From assembly GCF_009914755.1 (NCBI RefSeq), contig NC_060925.1: a stretch of DNA of 64,000 nucleotides; one strand, 5' to 3'. Origin of the DNA: the human T2T-CHM13v2.0 reference genome, Homo sapiens. Of the stretch, positions 37,201 to 49,479 are shown one piece after another. Each line of letters starts with the position of its first letter. The first letter of the stretch is position 1. The notes beneath the pieces are model-generated. The model ran no database searches, had not been told where the DNA came from, and saw only the letters and a program-made list of their open reading frames with translations. The translations under genes and the position numbers were made by a program.

Positions 37201-40200
37201 TTGTCTTCCTCTAGTGCTGGGCCCCGTCCATCCATGGGAGGACTCAGACTGTTCATGAGTGCTCACCTGGTAGAGGAAAGATCCTGAATGTCCAGACGTT
37301 TCCCCTGACCGGCCACGTGCGGACTCTTGGTGGCTCTGCTGATGGGACCCAGCCTGTCCGTGGGCTGACACTGACTGTGTGTCTGAGTCTTCTGAATGTC
37401 CCTCATTGTCACTGGCCTGACTACCACTGTACCCTCGGTGTCCACTGTCTCTGACTGCAGATGAAGCTTGTCCGTGCCCAATGCCTGAGTGTCTGGAGCT
37501 GTCTGCTGACTGCTGGTGGTGGGATCCATGTCTTTCTCCTGCACTTGATCTTGCCTGTTCATGGGATGATGCAGCCTGTCCACCAGAGGAAGTCTGTGTG
37601 TGACGAGTGCCTGATTGTCTGGAGCTGTCTGCAGAGTGCCCATGACCAGCTCTGTCTTCTTGATGGGACCTGGGGTGTCTGGAGCCATCTCTTAGCTGCT
37701 CCTGAGCAGATCCATGATGGTTTCTGGAAGCAGACCCAGACCACCTCTCAGAGTCTTCTGAATGTCCCTCACTGTCACTGTCCTGGCTCACACTGGATCC
37801 CTGGCGCCTGCTTCTCCTGGACCCCTCTGATTGTCCCTGGACTGCCTGTGAGTGTCTAGAGATGTCGGCATGAGTGGAAGCTTCATGGTGACGCGACCCT
37901 GAGTGCCTGGAGCCGTCTCCTGATTGTTCCTCATTACGTGTTGTTCTGCTTGCACTTCTGGATCCTGACTGCCCACGGGAGGCATCAGACCTTCCCTGGG
38001 ATGTGGTGTGGCTGTGATGGGACCCTGAGTGTCCAGAGCTATCTACCGAATGCTCGTGGTGGTACCCCTGCCTTCCTCCTCTGCTTGACCCCGGGTGTCC
38101 ACGAATGGTGTCCTGACCGTCTTGGGATGCTGAGTGCCTGGAGCTGTCTTGTGCCTGCTCATGGCGGGATCCTTGTCTTCCTCTAGTGCTGGGCCCCGTC
38201 CATCCATGGGAGGACTCAGACTGTTCATGAGTGCTCACCTGGTAGAGGAAAGATCCTGAATGTCCAGACGTTTCCCCTGACCGGCCACGTGCGGACTCTT
38301 GGTGGCTCTGCTGATGGGACCCAGCCTGTCCGTGGGCTGACACTGACTGTGTGTCTGAGTCTTCTGAATGTCCCTCATTGTCACTGGCCTGACTACCACT
38401 GTACCCTCGGTGTCCACTGTCTCTGACTGCAGATGAAGCTTGTCCGTGCCCAATGCCTGAGTGTCTGGAGCTGTCTGCTGACTGCTGGTGGTGGGATCCA
38501 TGTCTGTCTCCTGCACTTGATCTTGCCTGTTCATGGGATGATGCAGCCTGTCCACCAGAGGAAGTCTGTGTGTGACGAGTGCCTGATTGTCTGGAGCTGT
38601 CTGCAGAGTGCCCATGACCAGCTCTGTCTTCTTGATGGGACCTGGGGTGTCTGGAGCCATCTCTTAGCTGCTCCTGAGCAGATCCATGATGGTTTCTGGA
38701 AGCAGACCCAGACCACCTCTCAGAGTCTTCTGAATGTCCCTCACTGTCACTGTCCTGGCTCACACTGGATCCCTGGCGCCTGCTTCTCCTGGACCCCTCT
38801 GATTGTCCCTGGACTGCCTGTGAGTGTCTAGAGATGTCGGCATGAGTGGAAGCTTCATGGTGACGCGACCCTGAGTGCCTGGAGCCGTCTCCTGATTGTT
38901 CCTCATTACGTGTTGTTCTGCTTGCACTTCTGGATCCTGACTGCCCACGGGAGGCATCAGACCTTCCCTGGGATGTGGTGTGGCTGTGATGGGACCCTGA
39001 GTGTCCAGAGCTATCTACCGAATGCTCGTGGTGGTACCCCTGCCTTCCTCCTCTGCTTGACCCCGGGTGTCCACGAATGGTGTCCTGACCGTCTTGGGAT
39101 GCTGAGTGCCTGGAGCTGTCTTGTGCCTGCTCATGGCGGGATCCTTGTCTTCCTCTAGTGCTGGGCCCCGTCCATCCATGGGAGGACTCAGACTGTTCAT
39201 GAGTGCTCACCTGGTAGAGGAAAGATCCTGAATGTCCAGACGTTTCCCCTGACCGGCCACGTGCGGACTCTTGGTGGCTCTGCTGATGGGACCCAGCCTG
39301 TCCGTGGGCTGACACTGACTGTGTGTCTGAGTCTTCTGAATGTCCCTCATTGTCACTGGCCTGACTACCACTGTACCCTCGGTGTCCACTGTCTCTGACT
39401 GCAGATGAAGCTTGTCCGTGCCCAATGCCTGAGTGTCTGGAGCTGTCTGCTGACTGCTGGTGGTGGGATCCATGTCTTTCTCCTGCACTTGATCTTGCCT
39501 GTTCATGGGATGATGCAGCCTGTCCACCAGAGGAAGTCTGTGTGTGACGAGTGCCTGATTGTCTGGAGCTGTCTGCAGAGTGCCCATGACCAGCTCTGTC
39601 TTCTTGATGGGACCTGGGGTGTCTGGAGCCATCTCTTAGCTGCTCCTGAGCAGATCCATGATGGTTTCTGGAAGCAGACCCAGACCACCTCTCAGAGTCT
39701 TCTGAGTGTCCCTGACTGTCACTGTCCTGGCTAAAACTGGATCCCCAGTTCCTGCTTGTCCTGGGCCCCTCTGATTGTCCCTGGCCCACCTGCGAGTGTC
39801 CAGAGCTGTCGGCCCGAGAGGAAGCTTCATGGTGACGCGACCCTGAGTGCCTGGAGCCGTCTCCTGATTGTTCATCGTTACGAGTTTGTCTGCTTGCACT
39901 TCTGGATCCTGAGTGCCCATGGGAGGCATCAGACCTTCCCTGGGATGTGGTGTGGCTGTGATGAGACCCTGAGTGTCCAGATCTATCTACCAATTGCTCG
40001 TAGTGGGATCCCTGCCTTCCTCCACTGCTTGACCCCGGGTGTCCATGAATGGTGTCCTGACCCTCTTGGGACGTTGAGTGCCTGGAGCTGTCTCGTGCCT
40101 GCTTGTGGTGGGATCCTTGTCTTCCTCCAGTGCTGGTCCCGGTCCGTCCATGGGCGGACTCAGACTGTTCATGAGTGCTCACCTGGTAGAGGAAAGACCC

Positions 40201-43200
40201 TGAACGTCCAGACCTTCCTGCTGACCGGCCACGTGTGGACTCTTGGTGGCTCTGCTGATGGGGCCCAGCCTGTCCGTGGGCTGACACTGACTGTGTGTCT
40301 GAGTCTTCTGAATGTCCCTCACTGTCACTGGCCTGACTACCACTGGACCCTCGGTGTCCACTGTCTCTGACTGCAGATGAAGCTTGTCCGTGCCCAATGC
40401 CTGAGTGTCTGGAGCTGTCTGCTGACTGCTGGTGGTGGGATCCGTGTCTCTCTCCTGCACTTGATCTTGCCTGTTCATGGGATGATGCAGCCTGTCCACC
40501 AGAGGAATTCTCTGCATGATGAGTGCCTGATTGTCTGGAGCTCTCTGCAGAGTGCCCATGACCGGCTCTGTCTTCGTGATGGGACCTGGGGTGTCTGGAG
40601 CCATCTCTTGACTGCTCCTGAGCAGATCCATGATGGTTTCTGGACGCAGACCCAGACCGCCTCTCAGAATCTTCTGAGTGTCCCTCACTGTCACTGTCCT
40701 GGCTAACACTGGATCCCCGGGGCCTGCTTGTCCTGGGCCCTGATGATTGTCCCTGGCCCACCAGTGAGTGTCTAGAGCTGTCGGCCCAAGAGGAAGCTTC
40801 ATGATGATGCGACCCTGAGTGCCTAGAGCCATCTCCTGATTGTTCCTTGTCATATGTTTTTCTGCTTGCACTTCTGGATCCTGACTGCCCACGGGAGGCA
40901 TCAGACCTTCCCTGGGATGTGGTGTGGCTGTGATGAGACCCTGAGTGTCCAGACCTATCTACCGATTGCTCTTGGTGGGACCCCTGTCTTCCTCCTCTGC
41001 TTGGCCCCGGGTGTCCACGAATGGTGTCCTGACCCTCTTGGGATGCTGAGTGCCTGGAGCTGTCTTGTGCCTGATCATAATGGGATCCTTGTCTTCCTCC
41101 AGTGCTGGGCGCAGACTGTCCATGGGTGGACTCAGACTGTTCATGAGTGCTCACCTGGTAGAGGAAAGACCCTGAACGTCCAGAGCTTTCCCCTGACTGG
41201 CCACGTGCGGACTCTTTGTGGCTCTGCTGATGGGGCCCAGCTTTTCCCTGTGCTGACACTGACTGTGTGTCTGAGTCTTCTGAATGTCCCTCACTGTCAC
41301 TGGCCTGACTACCACTGTACCCTCGGTGTCCACTGTCTCTGACTGCAGATGAAGCTTGTCCATGCCCAATGCCTGAGTGTCTGGAGCTGTCTGCTGACTG
41401 GAGCTGGTGGTGGGATCCATGTCTTTCTCCTGCACTTGATCTTGCCTGTTCATGGGATGACGCAGCCTGTCCACGAGAGGAAGACTCTGTGTGACGAGTG
41501 CCTGATTGTCTGGAGCTGTCTGCAGAGTGCCCGTGACCGGCTCTGTCTTCGTGATGGGACCCAGGGTGTCTGGAGCCATCTCTTGACTGCTCCCAAGCAG
41601 ATCCAAGATGGTTTCTGGAAGCAGACCCAGACCACCTCTCAGAGTCTTCTGAGTGTCCCTGACTGTCACTGTCCTGGCTAACACTGGATCCCTGGTTCCT
41701 GCTTGTCCTGGGCCCTGATGATTGTCCCTGGCCCACCTGCGAGTGTCTAGAGCTGTCGGCCCGAGAGGAAGCTTCATGGTGACGCGACCCTGAGTGCCTG
41801 GAGCCGTCTCCTGATTGTTTCTCATTACGTGTTTGTCTGCTGACACTTCTGGATCCTGACTGCCCACGGGAGACATCAGACCTTTCCTGGGACGTGGTGT
41901 GGCTGTGATGAGACCCTGAGTGTCCAGAACTATCTACCGATTGCTCATAGTGGGATCCCTGCCTTCCTCCTCTGCTTGACCCTGGGTGTCCACGAATGGT
42001 GTCCTGACCCTCTTGGGACGCTGAGTGCCTGGAGCTGTCTCGTGCCTGCTCGTGGCGGGATCTTTGTCTTCCTCCAGTGCTGGGCCCTGTGCGTCCATGG
42101 GCGGACTCAGACTGTTCATGAGTGCTCACCTGGTAGAGGAAAGACCCTGAACGTCCAGACCTTTCCCCTGACTGGCCACGTGTGGACTCTTGGTGGCTCT
42201 GCTGATGGGGCCCAGCCTGTCCGTGGGCTGACACTGACTGTGTGTCTGACTCTTCTGAGTGTCCCTCGCTGTCACTGGCCTGGCTACCACTGGACCCTCG
42301 GTTTCCACTGTCTCCGACTACAGATGAATCTTGTCTGCGCCCAGTGCCTGAGTCTGTGGAGCTGTCTGCTGACTGCTGGTGGCGGGATCCATGTCTTTCT
42401 CCTGGACTTGACCTTGCCTGTTCCTGGGATGATGCAGCCTGTCCACCAGAGGAAGTCTCTGCATGACGAGTGCCTGATTGTCTGGAGCTCTCTGCAGAGT
42501 GCCCATGACTGGCTCTATCTTCTTGATGGGACCTGGGGTTCCTGGAGCCATGTCTTGACTGCTCCCGAGCAGATCCATAATGGTTTCTGGAAGCCGACTC
42601 AGACCGCCTCTCAGAGTCTTCTGAGTGTCCCTCACTGTCCCTGTCCTGACTAACACTGGATCCCTGGCGCCTGCTTGTCTTGGACCCCGCTGATTCTCCC
42701 TGGCCCACCTGTGAGTGTCTAGAGCTGCCGGCCCGAGTGGAAGGTTCATGGTGACGTGACCCTGAGTGCCTGGAGCCGTCTCCTGATTGTTCCTCATTTC
42801 TTGTTTGCCTGCTTGCACTTCTGGGTCCTGACTGCCCATGGGAGGCATCAGACCTTCCCTGGGGTGTGGTGTGGCTGTGATGGTACCCTGAGTGTCCAGA
42901 CCTATCTACTGATTGCTCGTGGTAGGATCCCTGCCTTCCTCCTCTGCTTGACCCCGGGTGTCCACGAATGGTGTCCTGACCGTCTTGGGATGCTGAGTGC
43001 CTAGAGCTGTTTCGTGCCTGCTCATGGCGGGATCCTTGTCTTCCTCCAGTGCTGGGTGCAGTCTGTCCGTGTGTGGACTCAGACTGTTCATGAGAGCTCA
43101 CCTGGTAGAGGAAAGACCTTGAACGTCCAGAGCTTTCCCCTGACTGGCCACGTGCGGACTCTTTGTGGCTCTGCTGATGGGGCCCAGCTTGTCCGTGGGC

Positions 43201-46200
43201 TGACACTGACTGTGTGTCTGAGTCTTCTGAATGTCCCTCACTGTTAGTGACCTGACTACCACTGGACCCTCGGTGTCCACTGTCTCTGACTGCAGATGAA
43301 GCTTGTCTGTGCCCAATGCCTGAGTGTCTGGAGCTGTCTGCTGACTGCTGGTGGCGGGATCCATGTCTTTCTCCTGGACTTGATCTTGCCTGTTCATGGG
43401 ATGACACAGCCTGTCCATGAGAGGAAGACTCTGTGTGATGAGTGCCTGATTGTCTGGAGCTGTCTGCAGAGTGCCCGTGACTGGCTCTGTCTTCTTGATG
43501 GAACCCAGGGTGTCTGGAGCCATCTCTTGACTGCTCCCGAGAAGATCCATGATGGTTTCTGGAAGCAGACCCAGACAACCTCTCGGAGTCGTCTGAGTGT
43601 CTCTCACTGTCACTGTCCTGGCTAACACTGGATCCCTGGTGCCTGCTTGTCCTGGACCCCGATGATTGTTCCTGTCCCACCTGTGAGTGTCTAGAGCTGT
43701 CAGCCCAAGAGGCAGCTTCATGGTGACGTGACCCTGAGTGCCTGGAGCCGTCTCCTGATTGTTTGTCCTTACGAGTTTGTCTGCTTGCACTTCTGGATCC
43801 TGACTGCCCATGGGAGGCATCAGACCTTCCCTGGGATGTGGTGTGGCTGTGATGGGACCCTGAGTGTCCAGATCTATCTACCGATTGCTCATGGTGGGAT
43901 CCCTGCCTTCCTCCTCTCCTTGACCCCGGGTGTGCACGAATGGTGTCCTGACCCTCTTGGGACGCTGAGTGCCTGGAGCTGTCTCGTGCCTGCTCGTGGT
44001 GGGATCCTTGTCTTCGTCCAGTGCTGGTCCTGGTCCGCCCATGGGCAGACTCAGACTGTTCATGAGTGCTCACCTGGTAGATGAAAGACCCTGAACGTCC
44101 AGACCTTCCCCCTGACCAGTCACGTGCGGACTCTTGGTGGCTCTGCTGATGGGGCCCATCCTGTCCATGGCCTGACACTGACTGTGTGTCTGACTCCTCT
44201 GAATGTCCCTCACTATCACTGGCCTGACTACCACTGGACCCCCAGTGTCCACTGTCTCTGACTGCAGATGAAGCTTGTCTGCGCGGAATGCCTGAGTGTC
44301 TGGAGCTGTCTGCTGACTGCTGGTGGCGGGATCCGTGTCTTTCTCCTGGACTTGATCTTGCCTGTTCATGGGATGACGCAGCCTGTCCACCAGAGGAAGT
44401 CTCTGCGTGAGGAGTTCCTGATTGTCTGGAGCTGTCTGCAGAGTGCCCGTGACCGGCTCTGTCTTCGTGATGGGACCTGGGGTGTCTGGAGCCATGTCTT
44501 GACTGCTCCTGAGCAGATCCACGATGGTTTCTGGAAGCAGACCCAGACCACCTCTCAGAGTCTTCTGAATGTCCCTCACTGTCACTGTCCTGGCTAACAC
44601 TGGATCCCTGGCGCCTGCTTGTCCTGGACCCCTCTGATTGTCCCTGGCCTGCCTGTGAGTGTCTAGAGATGTCGGCATGAGAGGAAGCTTCATGGTGACG
44701 TGACCCTGAGTGCCTGGAGCCGTCTCTTGATTGTTCCTCATTACGTGTTGTTCTGCTTGCACTTCTGGATCCTGACTGCCCACGGGAGGCATCAGACCTT
44801 CCCTGGGATGTGGTGTGGCTGTGATGGGACCCTGAGTGTCCAGACCTATCTACCGATTGCTCGTGGTGGGACCCCTGCCTTCCTCTTCTGCTTGACCCCG
44901 GGTGTCCACGAATGGTGTCCTGACCATCTTGGGATGCTGAGTGCCTGGAGTTGTCTCGTGCCTGCTCATGGTGGGATCCTTGTCTTACTCCAGTGCTGGG
45001 CCCTGTCCATCCATGGGAGGACTCAGACTGTTTATGAGTGCTCACCTGGTAGAGGAAAGACCCTGAACGTCGAGACCTTTCCCCTGACCGGTCACGTGCG
45101 GACTCTTGGTGGCTCTGCTGATGGTGACCAGCCTGTCCATGGCCTGACACTGACTGTGTGTCTGAGTCTTCTGAATGTCCCTCACTGTCAGTGGCCTGAC
45201 TACCACTGGACCCTCGGTGTCCACTGTCTCTGACTGCAGATGAAGCTTGTCCGTGCCCAGTGCCTGAGTGTCTGGAGCTGTCTGCTGACTGGAGCTGGTG
45301 GCGGGATCCATGTCTTTCTCCTGCACTTGATCTTGCCTGTTCATGGGATGACGCAGCCTGTCCACTAGAGGAATTCTGTGTGTGACGAGTGCCTGATTTT
45401 CTGGAGCTGTCTGCAGAGTGCCCATGACCAGCTCTGTCTTCGTGATGGGACCTGGGGTGTCTGGAGCCATCTCTTGACTGCTCCTGAGCAGATCCATGAT
45501 GGTTTCTGGAAGCAGACCCAGACCACCTCTCAGAGTCTTCTGAGTGTCCCTGACTGTCACTGTCCTGGCTAACACTGGATCCCTGGTTCCTACTTGTCCT
45601 GGGCCCCGATGATTGTCCCTGGCCCACCTGTGAGTGTCTAGAGCTGTCAGCCTGAGAGGAAGCTTCATGATGACGTGACCCTGAGTGCCTGGTGCCGTCT
45701 CCTGATTGTTCCTCATTTCGTGTTTGTCTGCTTGCACTTCTGGATCCTGACTGCCCATGGGAGGCATCAGACCTTCCCTGGGATGTGGTGTGGCTGTGAT
45801 GGGAACCTGAGTGTCCAGACCTATTTACCGATTGCTCGTGGTGGGATCCCTGCCTTCCTCCTCTGCTTGACCCCGGGTGTCCACGAATGGTGTCCTGACC
45901 CTCTTGGGACGCTGAATGCCTGGAGCTGTCTCGTGCCTGCTCGTGGTGCGATCCTTGTCTTCCTCCAGTGCTGGTCCCGGTCCGTCCATGGGCAGAGTCA
46001 GGCTGTTCATGAGTGCTCACCTGGTAGAGGGAAGACCCTGAACGTCCAGACCGTTCCCCTGACCGGCCACGTGTGGACTCTTGGTGGCTCTGCTGTCTCA
46101 GCCCAGCCTTTCCGTGGCCTGACACTGATTGTGTGTCTGAGTTTTCTGAATGTCCCTCACTGTCACTGGCCTGACTACCGCTAGACCCCCGGTGTCCACG

Positions 46201-47295
46201 ATCGCTGACTGCAGATGAAGCTTGCCCGCGCCCAGTGGCTGAGTGTCTGGAGCTGTCTGCTGACTGCTGGTGGCCGGATCCATGTCTTTCTCCTGGACTT
46301 GATCTTGCCTGTTCATGGGATGATGCAGTCTGTCCACGAGAGGAAGTCTCTGCGTGACGAGTGCCTGATTGTCTGGAGCTGTCTGCAGAGTGCCCATGAC
46401 TGGCTCTGTCTTCATCATGGGACCTGGGGTGTCTGGAGCCATCTCTTGACTGCTCCCACGCAGATCCATGATGGTTTCTGGAAGCCGACCCAGAGTGCCT
46501 CTCAGAGTCTTCTGAGTGTCCCTCACTGTCCCTGTCCTGGCTAACTCTGGATCCCCTACGCTTTCTTGTCCTGGACTCCTGCAATGGTACCTGGCTTGTA
46601 TTTTCATGTCTTGACCTGTTCACTTGAGATGATGATTTGCCATCAGATGACCTTGATCTTTCATATATTTTGTTTTCTTCTAATAGACTATCAGTGGTGT
46701 CATAGGCTTCATCCTGGATTGTGTAATATGTGGCAATATGGCCTGATTGTATCCATTTTTGAGTCATTCTTCCTGTATTTTCATAATCATATACTCCTTC
46801 TTCATTGTCTTCTTTCTCTTCAAGTCTTTCACTTAGCCTCTTCCTATTGTCTCCTAATCTAGTATTTTCAGTCTTGTTTTTCTCTTTTTTACTTGAGTTA
46901 TGATGGTTTTTTCCATATTCTTCTTCTCTATGAGTAGGTGAATATCCTTTTCTTTCTTTTTTTTCAGAACTAGATTCATGCCTTTTCCCCCCTGTTTCTC
47001 TTGGGCTCTTGGATCTTCCCTTATTCCCTTTTCTATTGTTTCTTCTTTCCAGACTTGAGGGTCTTTTTCTGTTTTCTTTGTTTTCTTCCTGTTTATTATC
47101 TTCATGTTTATCATGATGACTGTGCTTTCTGTGCTTGTGTCCTGATATCGGTAAATTCTCTTTTCTGGTAGACTCATAATATGCTTGAGCCAACTTGAAT
47201 ACCATCAGAAGAAACTCAGTGAAGTCAATTTTCTTGTTGTGGTCTATATCCAAGTGATCCATGAAGACATCAACCATATCTGGGTCATCTGGATT
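34276..47295 (-). CDS. FLG: FLG exon 3 coding part: second EF hand, B domain, partial repeat, 11 full filaggrin repeats, partial repeat, C-terminal domain. Spliced protein 4385 aa.
   Basis: Acceptor TGTACAG|AAT (AG at 47297-47296) adds NPDDPD in frame before the 4333-aa ORF (34276-47277); TAA at 34278-34276. 138 + 13020 nt = 4385 aa plus stop. Confidence 0.99.
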   Translation of the reverse strand, partial: NPDDPDMVDVFMDHLDIDHNKKIDFTEFLLMVFKLAQAYYESTRKENLPISGHKHRKHSHHDKHEDNKQEENKENRKRPSSLERRNNRKGNKGRSKSPRETGGKRHESSSEKKERKGYSPTHREEEYGKNHHNSSKKEKNKTENTRLGDNRKRLSERLEEKEDNEEGVYDYENTGRMTQKWIQSGHIATYYTIQDEAYDTTDSLLEENKIYERSRSSDGKSSSQVNRSRHENTSQVPLQESRTRKRRGSRVSQDRDSEGHSEDSERHSGSASRNHHGSAWEQSRDGSRHPRSHDEDRASHGHSADSSRQSGTRHAETSSRGQTASSHEQARSSPGERHGSGHQQSADSSRHSATGRGQASSAVSDRGHRGSSGSQASDSEGHSENSDTQSVSGHGKAGLRQQSHQESTRGRSGERSGRSGSSLYQVSTHEQPDSAHGRTGTSTGGRQGSHHEQARDSSRHSASQEGQDTIRGHPGSSRGGRQGSHHEQSVNRSGHSGSHHSHTTSQGRSDASHGQSGSRSASRQTRNEEQSGDGTRHSGSRHHEASSQADSSRHSQVGQGQSSGPRTSRNQGSSVSQDSDSQGHSEDSERWSGSASRNHHGSAQEQSRDGSRHPRSHHEDRAGHGHSADSSRKSGTRHTQNSSSGQAASSHEQARSSAGERHGSRHQLQSADSSRHSGTGHGQASSAVRDSGHRGSSGSQATDSEGHSEDSDTQSVSGHGQAGHHQQSHQESARDRSGERSRRSGSFLYQVSTHKQSESSHGWTGPSTGVRQGSHHEQARDNSRHSASQDGQDTIRGHPGSSRRGRQGSHHEQSVDRSGHSGSHHSHTTSQGRSDASRGQSGSRSASRTTRNEEQSRDGSRHSGSRHHEASSHADISRHSQAGQGQSEGSRTSRRQGSSVSQDSDSEGHSEDSERWSGSASRNHRGSAQEQSRHGSRHPRSHHEDRAGHGHSADSSRQSGTPHAETSSGGQAASSHEQARSSPGERHGSRHQQSADSSRHSGIPRRQASSAVRDSGHWGSSGSQASDSEGHSEESDTQSVSGHGQDGPHQQSHQESARDWSGGRSGRSGSFIYQVSTHEQSESAHGRTRTSTGRRQGSHHEQARDSSRHSASQEGQDTIRAHPGSRRGGRQGSHHEQSVDRSGHSGSHHSHTTSQGRSDASHGQSGSRSASRQTRKDKQSGDGSRHSGSRHHEAASWADSSRHSQVGQEQSSGSRTSRHQGSSVSQDSDSERHSDDSERLSGSASRNHHGSSREQSRDGSRHPGFHQEDRASHGHSADSSRQSGTHHTESSSHGQAVSSHEQARSSPGERHGSRHQQSADSSRHSGIGHRQASSAVRDSGHRGSSGSQVTNSEGHSEDSDTQSVSAHGQAGPHQQSHKESARGQSGESSGRSRSFLYQVSSHEQSESTHGQTAPSTGGRQGSRHEQARNSSRHSASQDGQDTIRGHPGSSRGGRQGSYHEQSVDRSGHSGYHHSHTTPQGRSDASHGQSGPRSASRQTRNEEQSGDGSRHSGSRHHEPSTRAGSSRHSQVGQGESAGSKTSRRQGSSVSQDRDSEGHSEDSERRSESASRNHYGSAREQSRHGSRNPRSHQEDRASHGHSAESSRQSGTRHAETSSGGQAASSQEQARSSPGERHGSRHQQSADSSTDSGTGRRQDSSVVGDSGNRGSSGSQASDSEGHSEESDTQSVSAHGQAGPHQQSHQESTRGQSGERSGRSGSFLYQVSTHEQSESAHGRTGPSTGGRQRSRHEQARDSSRHSASQEGQDTIRGHPGSSRGGRQGSHYEQSVDSSGHSGSHHSHTTSQERSDVSRGQSGSRSVSRQTRNEKQSGDGSRHSGSRHHEASSRADSSRHSQVGQGQSSGPRTSRNQGSSVSQDSDSQGHSEDSERWSGSASRNHLGSAWEQSRDGSRHPGSHHEDRAGHGHSADSSRQSGTRHTESSSRGQAASSHEQARSSAGERHGSHHQLQSADSSRHSGIGHGQASSAVRDSGHRGYSGSQASDSEGHSEDSDTQSVSAQGKAGPHQQSHKESARGQSGESSGRSGSFLYQVSTHEQSESTHGQSAPSTGGRQGSHYDQAQDSSRHSASQEGQDTIRGHPGPSRGGRQGSHQEQSVDRSGHSGSHHSHTTSQGRSDASRGQSGSRSASRKTYDKEQSGDGSRHSGSHHHEASSWADSSRHSLVGQGQSSGPRTSRPRGSSVSQDSDSEGHSEDSERRSGSASRNHHGSAQEQSRDGSRHPRSHHEDRAGHGHSAESSRQSGTHHAENSSGGQAASSHEQARSSAGERHGSHHQQSADSSRHSGIGHGQASSAVRDSGHRGSSGSQASDSEGHSEDSDTQSVSAHGQAGPHQQSHQESTRGRSAGRSGRSGSFLYQVSTHEQSESAHGRTGTSTGGRQGSHHKQARDSSRHSTSQEGQDTIHGHPGSSSGGRQGSHYEQLVDRSGHSGSHHSHTTSQGRSDASHGHSGSRSASRQTRNDEQSGDGSRHSGSRHHEASSRADSSGHSQVGQGQSEGPRTSRNWGSSFSQDSDSQGHSEDSERWSGSASRNHHGSAQEQLRDGSRHPRSHQEDRAGHGHSADSSRQSGTRHTQTSSGGQAASSHEQARSSAGERHGSHHQQSADSSRHSGIGHGQASSAVRDSGHRGYSGSQASDNEGHSEDSDTQSVSAHGQAGSHQQSHQESARGRSGETSGHSGSFLYQVSTHEQSESSHGWTGPSTRGRQGSRHEQAQDSSRHSASQDGQDTIRGHPGSSRGGRQGYHHEHSVDSSGHSGSHHSHTTSQGRSDASRGQSGSRSASRTTRNEEQSGDGSRHSGSRHHEASTHADISRHSQAVQGQSEGSRRSRRQGSSVSQDSDSEGHSEDSERWSGSASRNHHGSAQEQLRDGSRHPRSHQEDRAGHGHSADSSRQSGTRHTQTSSGGQAASSHEQARSSAGDRHGSHHQQSADSSRHSGIGHGQASSAVRDSGHRGYSGSQASDNEGHSEDSDTQSVSAHGQAGSHQQSHQESARGRSGETSGHSGSFLYQVSTHEQSESSHGWTGPSTRGRQGSRHEQAQDSSRHSASQDGQDTIRGHPGSSRGGRQGYHHEHSVDSSGHSGSHHSHTTSQGRSDASRGQSGSRSASRTTRNEEQSGDGSRHSGSRHHEASTHADISRHSQAVQGQSEGSRRSRRQGSSVSQDSDSEGHSEDSERWSGSASRNHHGSAQEQLRDGSRHPRSHQEDRAGHGHSADSSRQSGTRHTQTSSGGQAASSHEQARSSAGERHGSHHQQSADSSRHSGIGHGQASSAVRDSGHRGYSGSQASDNEGHSEDSDTQSVSAHGQAGSHQQSHQESARGRSGETSGHSGSFLYQVSTHEQSESSHGWTGPSTRGRQGSRHEQAQDSSRHSASQYGQDTIRGHPGSSRGGRQGYHHEHSVDSSGHSGSHHSHTTSQGRSDASRGQSGSRSASRTTRNEEQSGDSSRHSVSRHHEASTHADISRHSQAVQGQSEGSRRSRRQGSSVSQDSDSEGHSEDSERWSGSASRNHRGSVQEQSRHGSRHPRSHHEDRAGHGHSADRSRQSGTRHAETSSGGQAASSHEQARSSPGERHGSRHQQSADSSRHSGIPRGQASSAVRDSRHWGSSGSQASDSEGHSEESDTQSVSGHGQAGPHQQSHQESARDRSGGRSGRSGSFLYQVSTHEQSESAHGRTRTSTGRRQGSHHEQARDSSRHSASQEGQDTIRGHPGSSRRGRQGSHYEQSVDRSGHSGSHHSHTTSQGRSDASRGQSGSRSASRQTRNDEQSGDGSRHSWSHHHEASTQADSSRHSQSGQGQSAGPRTSRNQGSSVSQDSDSQGHSEDSERWSGSASRNHRGSAQEQSRDGSRHPTSHHEDRAGHGHSAESSRQSGTHHAENSSGGQAASSHEQARSSAGERHGSHHQQSADSSRHSGIGHGQASSAVRDSGHRGSSGSQASDSEGHSEDSDTQSVSAHGQAGPHQQSHQESTRGRSAGRSGRSGSFLYQVSTHEQSESAHGRAGPSTGGRQGSRHEQARDSSRHSASQEGQDTIRGHPGSRRGGRQGSYHEQSVDRSGHSGSHHSHTTSQGRSDASHGQSGSRSASRETRNEEQSGDGSRHSGSRHHEASTQADSSRHSQSGQGESAGSRRSRRQGSSVSQDSDSEAYPEDSERRSESASRNHHGSSREQSRDGSRHPGSSHRDTASHVQSSPVQSDSSTAKEHGHFSSLSQDSAYHSGIQSRGSPHSSSSYHYQSEGTERQKGQSGLVWRHGSYGSADYDYGESGFRHSQHGSVSYNSNPVVFKERSDICKASAFGKDHPRYYATYINKDPGLCGHSSDISKQLGFSQSQRYYYYE
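34760..46560 (-). repeat. Filaggrin coding tandem array, unit 972/975 bp; 11 full units plus two partial units
   Basis: Linker motif (plus strand ctggta) starts at 46021, 45046, 44074, 43102, 42130, 41155, 40183, 39211, 38239, 37267, 36295 and 35323; spacings 975, 972, 972, 972, 975, then 972 six times. Confidence 0.98.
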
Positions 47296-47866
47296 CTGTA
47301 CAGAGGGAAGTCACAGAGGGAGACTGCATCAGACAGAATCACATTATCAGCCAATTAATTCAAAGTTAATTTAAGGAACCTGATCTTTGAGTATTAAAAA
47401 GTGGGACAAAATCTTTTTTTTTTTTAAGACTTTTTTGTCTCATCCTCATTCAGGTGTTATATGTGAACAAAGATGTAGACTAGTAAGGTATCAAGATTTG
47501 ATGGGGTAAGTGACTCTTTTTCTTATTTTAAAAGTCAGAAGTGTATATAATTCATTACTTAGTTGTCTTTAACAAAAATCCCCTTAGTAATGTTGATGTT
47601 TGGGAGAATATTATAAATACCAAAATACTAAGAACTAATTTACATTAATTTTTAAATATTTATATTTTTTTCTCTGAGGGTGTCTTTATGTTTATAATAT
47701 ACATCCAGGTATAGGGGAAGAAAATAAAATCTATCTCTTTTGAGACAAGATTAACTCTTTTCCTATTTTAAGAGAAATAGTTCACAAAGAGCTCAAAATA
47801 ACCCTTGCTTAGATTATTGATGAGAAAAACAAATGCTCTATCTTTGGTCTTGTCAGAGACTCTTAC

Positions 47867-48004
47867 CTTCAGGATTTGCCGAAATTCCTTTTCCAGAAGT
47901 TCCTTCAGCTCTTTTTTACTCAATGTGTCAGTGTTTTTATCTTTTTTTGAATATTGCTTGAAAAGATTAATTATGGCAAAGATGTTTTCCAGGAGAGTAG
48001 ACAT
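47867..48004 (-). CDS. FLG: FLG exon 2 coding part (46 codons, first S100-type EF hand); whole exon 47867-48025 (159 bp)
   Basis: ATG at 48004-48002; acceptor TTTCTAG|G (AG at 48027-48026); donor AAG|GTAAGA (GT at 47866-47865), phase 0. Confidence 0.98.
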
Positions 48005-49479
48005 CTTTTGGCAATAAATGTGAACCTAGAAAGAAGAAATGAAAATGCACTTTTTTATACATCTTTTTTTCTAGGTTATATTATTACAATCATTTTCCAC
48101 ATTTTAAACCTACATTTTCCTCTAAGTAATCCATCTTTAAGAATGGAAGATGGACATGAGAAACTTTTCTCTACCATCTACATAAAACAAATGAATAGAG
48201 TTTTCCTGACTTAAATAAAATTGCCCATTTTTTGGCCTTGTGCCCACTTACAGCTGGACTTAGTAGTCTCACAGACCTCAGTGTGCTCTAGGTAAGATCA
48301 TCCCTCTTGCTGATCTTGCCATTGCTAGCAACAAGAATTTAGAAAGGCTGACTGGTTTTAAGCAGTAAAATTTACTTATACAAATTTACTGAAAATTACT
48401 TCCCCAAAAGCTAACTTAATAAATGATTAATTTGCTAAGACACAATTCTCTGAAAGCCAGTTAGCCATATGACAAGATACTCAATGAAAGTTCATTCAAT
48501 TTTTTATTTGTTTTTTAAACATTTCATGAAGTTTATAATATTTCATTGTATAGGATGGATTTAATAGCTCTTCAATATTTAAAGAGAAAGGTTTTTCTGA
48601 CTGGGTTTCATTTTGCCATTTAAGGAATGTTCAGTTTATCTCATTGGTGAAGAAATTAGTAAGCATGTCAATAAATCTAAGTGTGTATTATATAAAGAAT
48701 TATAACTTTATTAGGACTTACAAAACCAGGTGAAACTAAAATACTGTAGAAAACAATGTGAAGGAGATTACTGTAGCAGTCACAACTAAAACATTTTTGG
48801 ACCTTGGTTTGTTTGGTAAGAGGAATTAGATATTAATGAATTTTGCTGTGGTTAAGTGATATATGTATTTGGGTAAGTTTATGGGTATTTACTAAAATAA
48901 TAGAATTTATAATTTCTAAACCATTAGAGATGAAAAAGGGGAATTAAGAAACTTTAATAATTCAACAGAAGCCAGGAAAGAAGAAAATAAGAAGCATAGA
49001 AAAAGAAGGGTAAACAGAAAGCATAAAATAAATTAATAGAATTACAAATAATTTTATTATTACTAATTACAATACATGTAAAATAGACCATATCTTGCCA
49101 GTTAAAATATAGATTGTAAAGATTGAATTTAAAAAATTACAGGTATATGCTTCTTACAAATGCATTTTAAAGTTTATGATTATTTTCAGCCAGTCTTATT
49201 TATGATGATATTGTATTCTCTGAACTTATCGTTACTTGCAACATATGCAAAATCTCTTTCTGAAGGATCTCACTCTTTGACCTTCTCTTGTACGCTGATG
49301 TCAATAATTCTTTAACCTCTCTATTTACTGCTTTATGTACTCACTTCCCTTTTTACCTTGGTTAGACATTATGTTTAATCTCCCCAAATGCCCCTTGGAT
49401 ACATCCACTTGTCCTACTTTTTCTTATACCCACTGGCCAAAGCTTCAACAACTTCTTCTTTCCTTTATCTCTGATGTCC

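Noticed and set aside
34760-46560. Regular array that could be mistaken for CRISPR or satellite DNA
   Set aside because: It is an in-frame coding repeat with no short repeat/unique spacer structure, in human DNA.
34545-46862. Dozens of 60-241 aa ORFs on both strands, recurring every 972 bp
   Set aside because: Alternative-frame and antisense shadows of the filaggrin repeat; their periodicity simply follows the array.
47768-48004. 78-aa standalone S100-like ORF
   Set aside because: This is FLG exon 2 read through its splice donor into intron 2.
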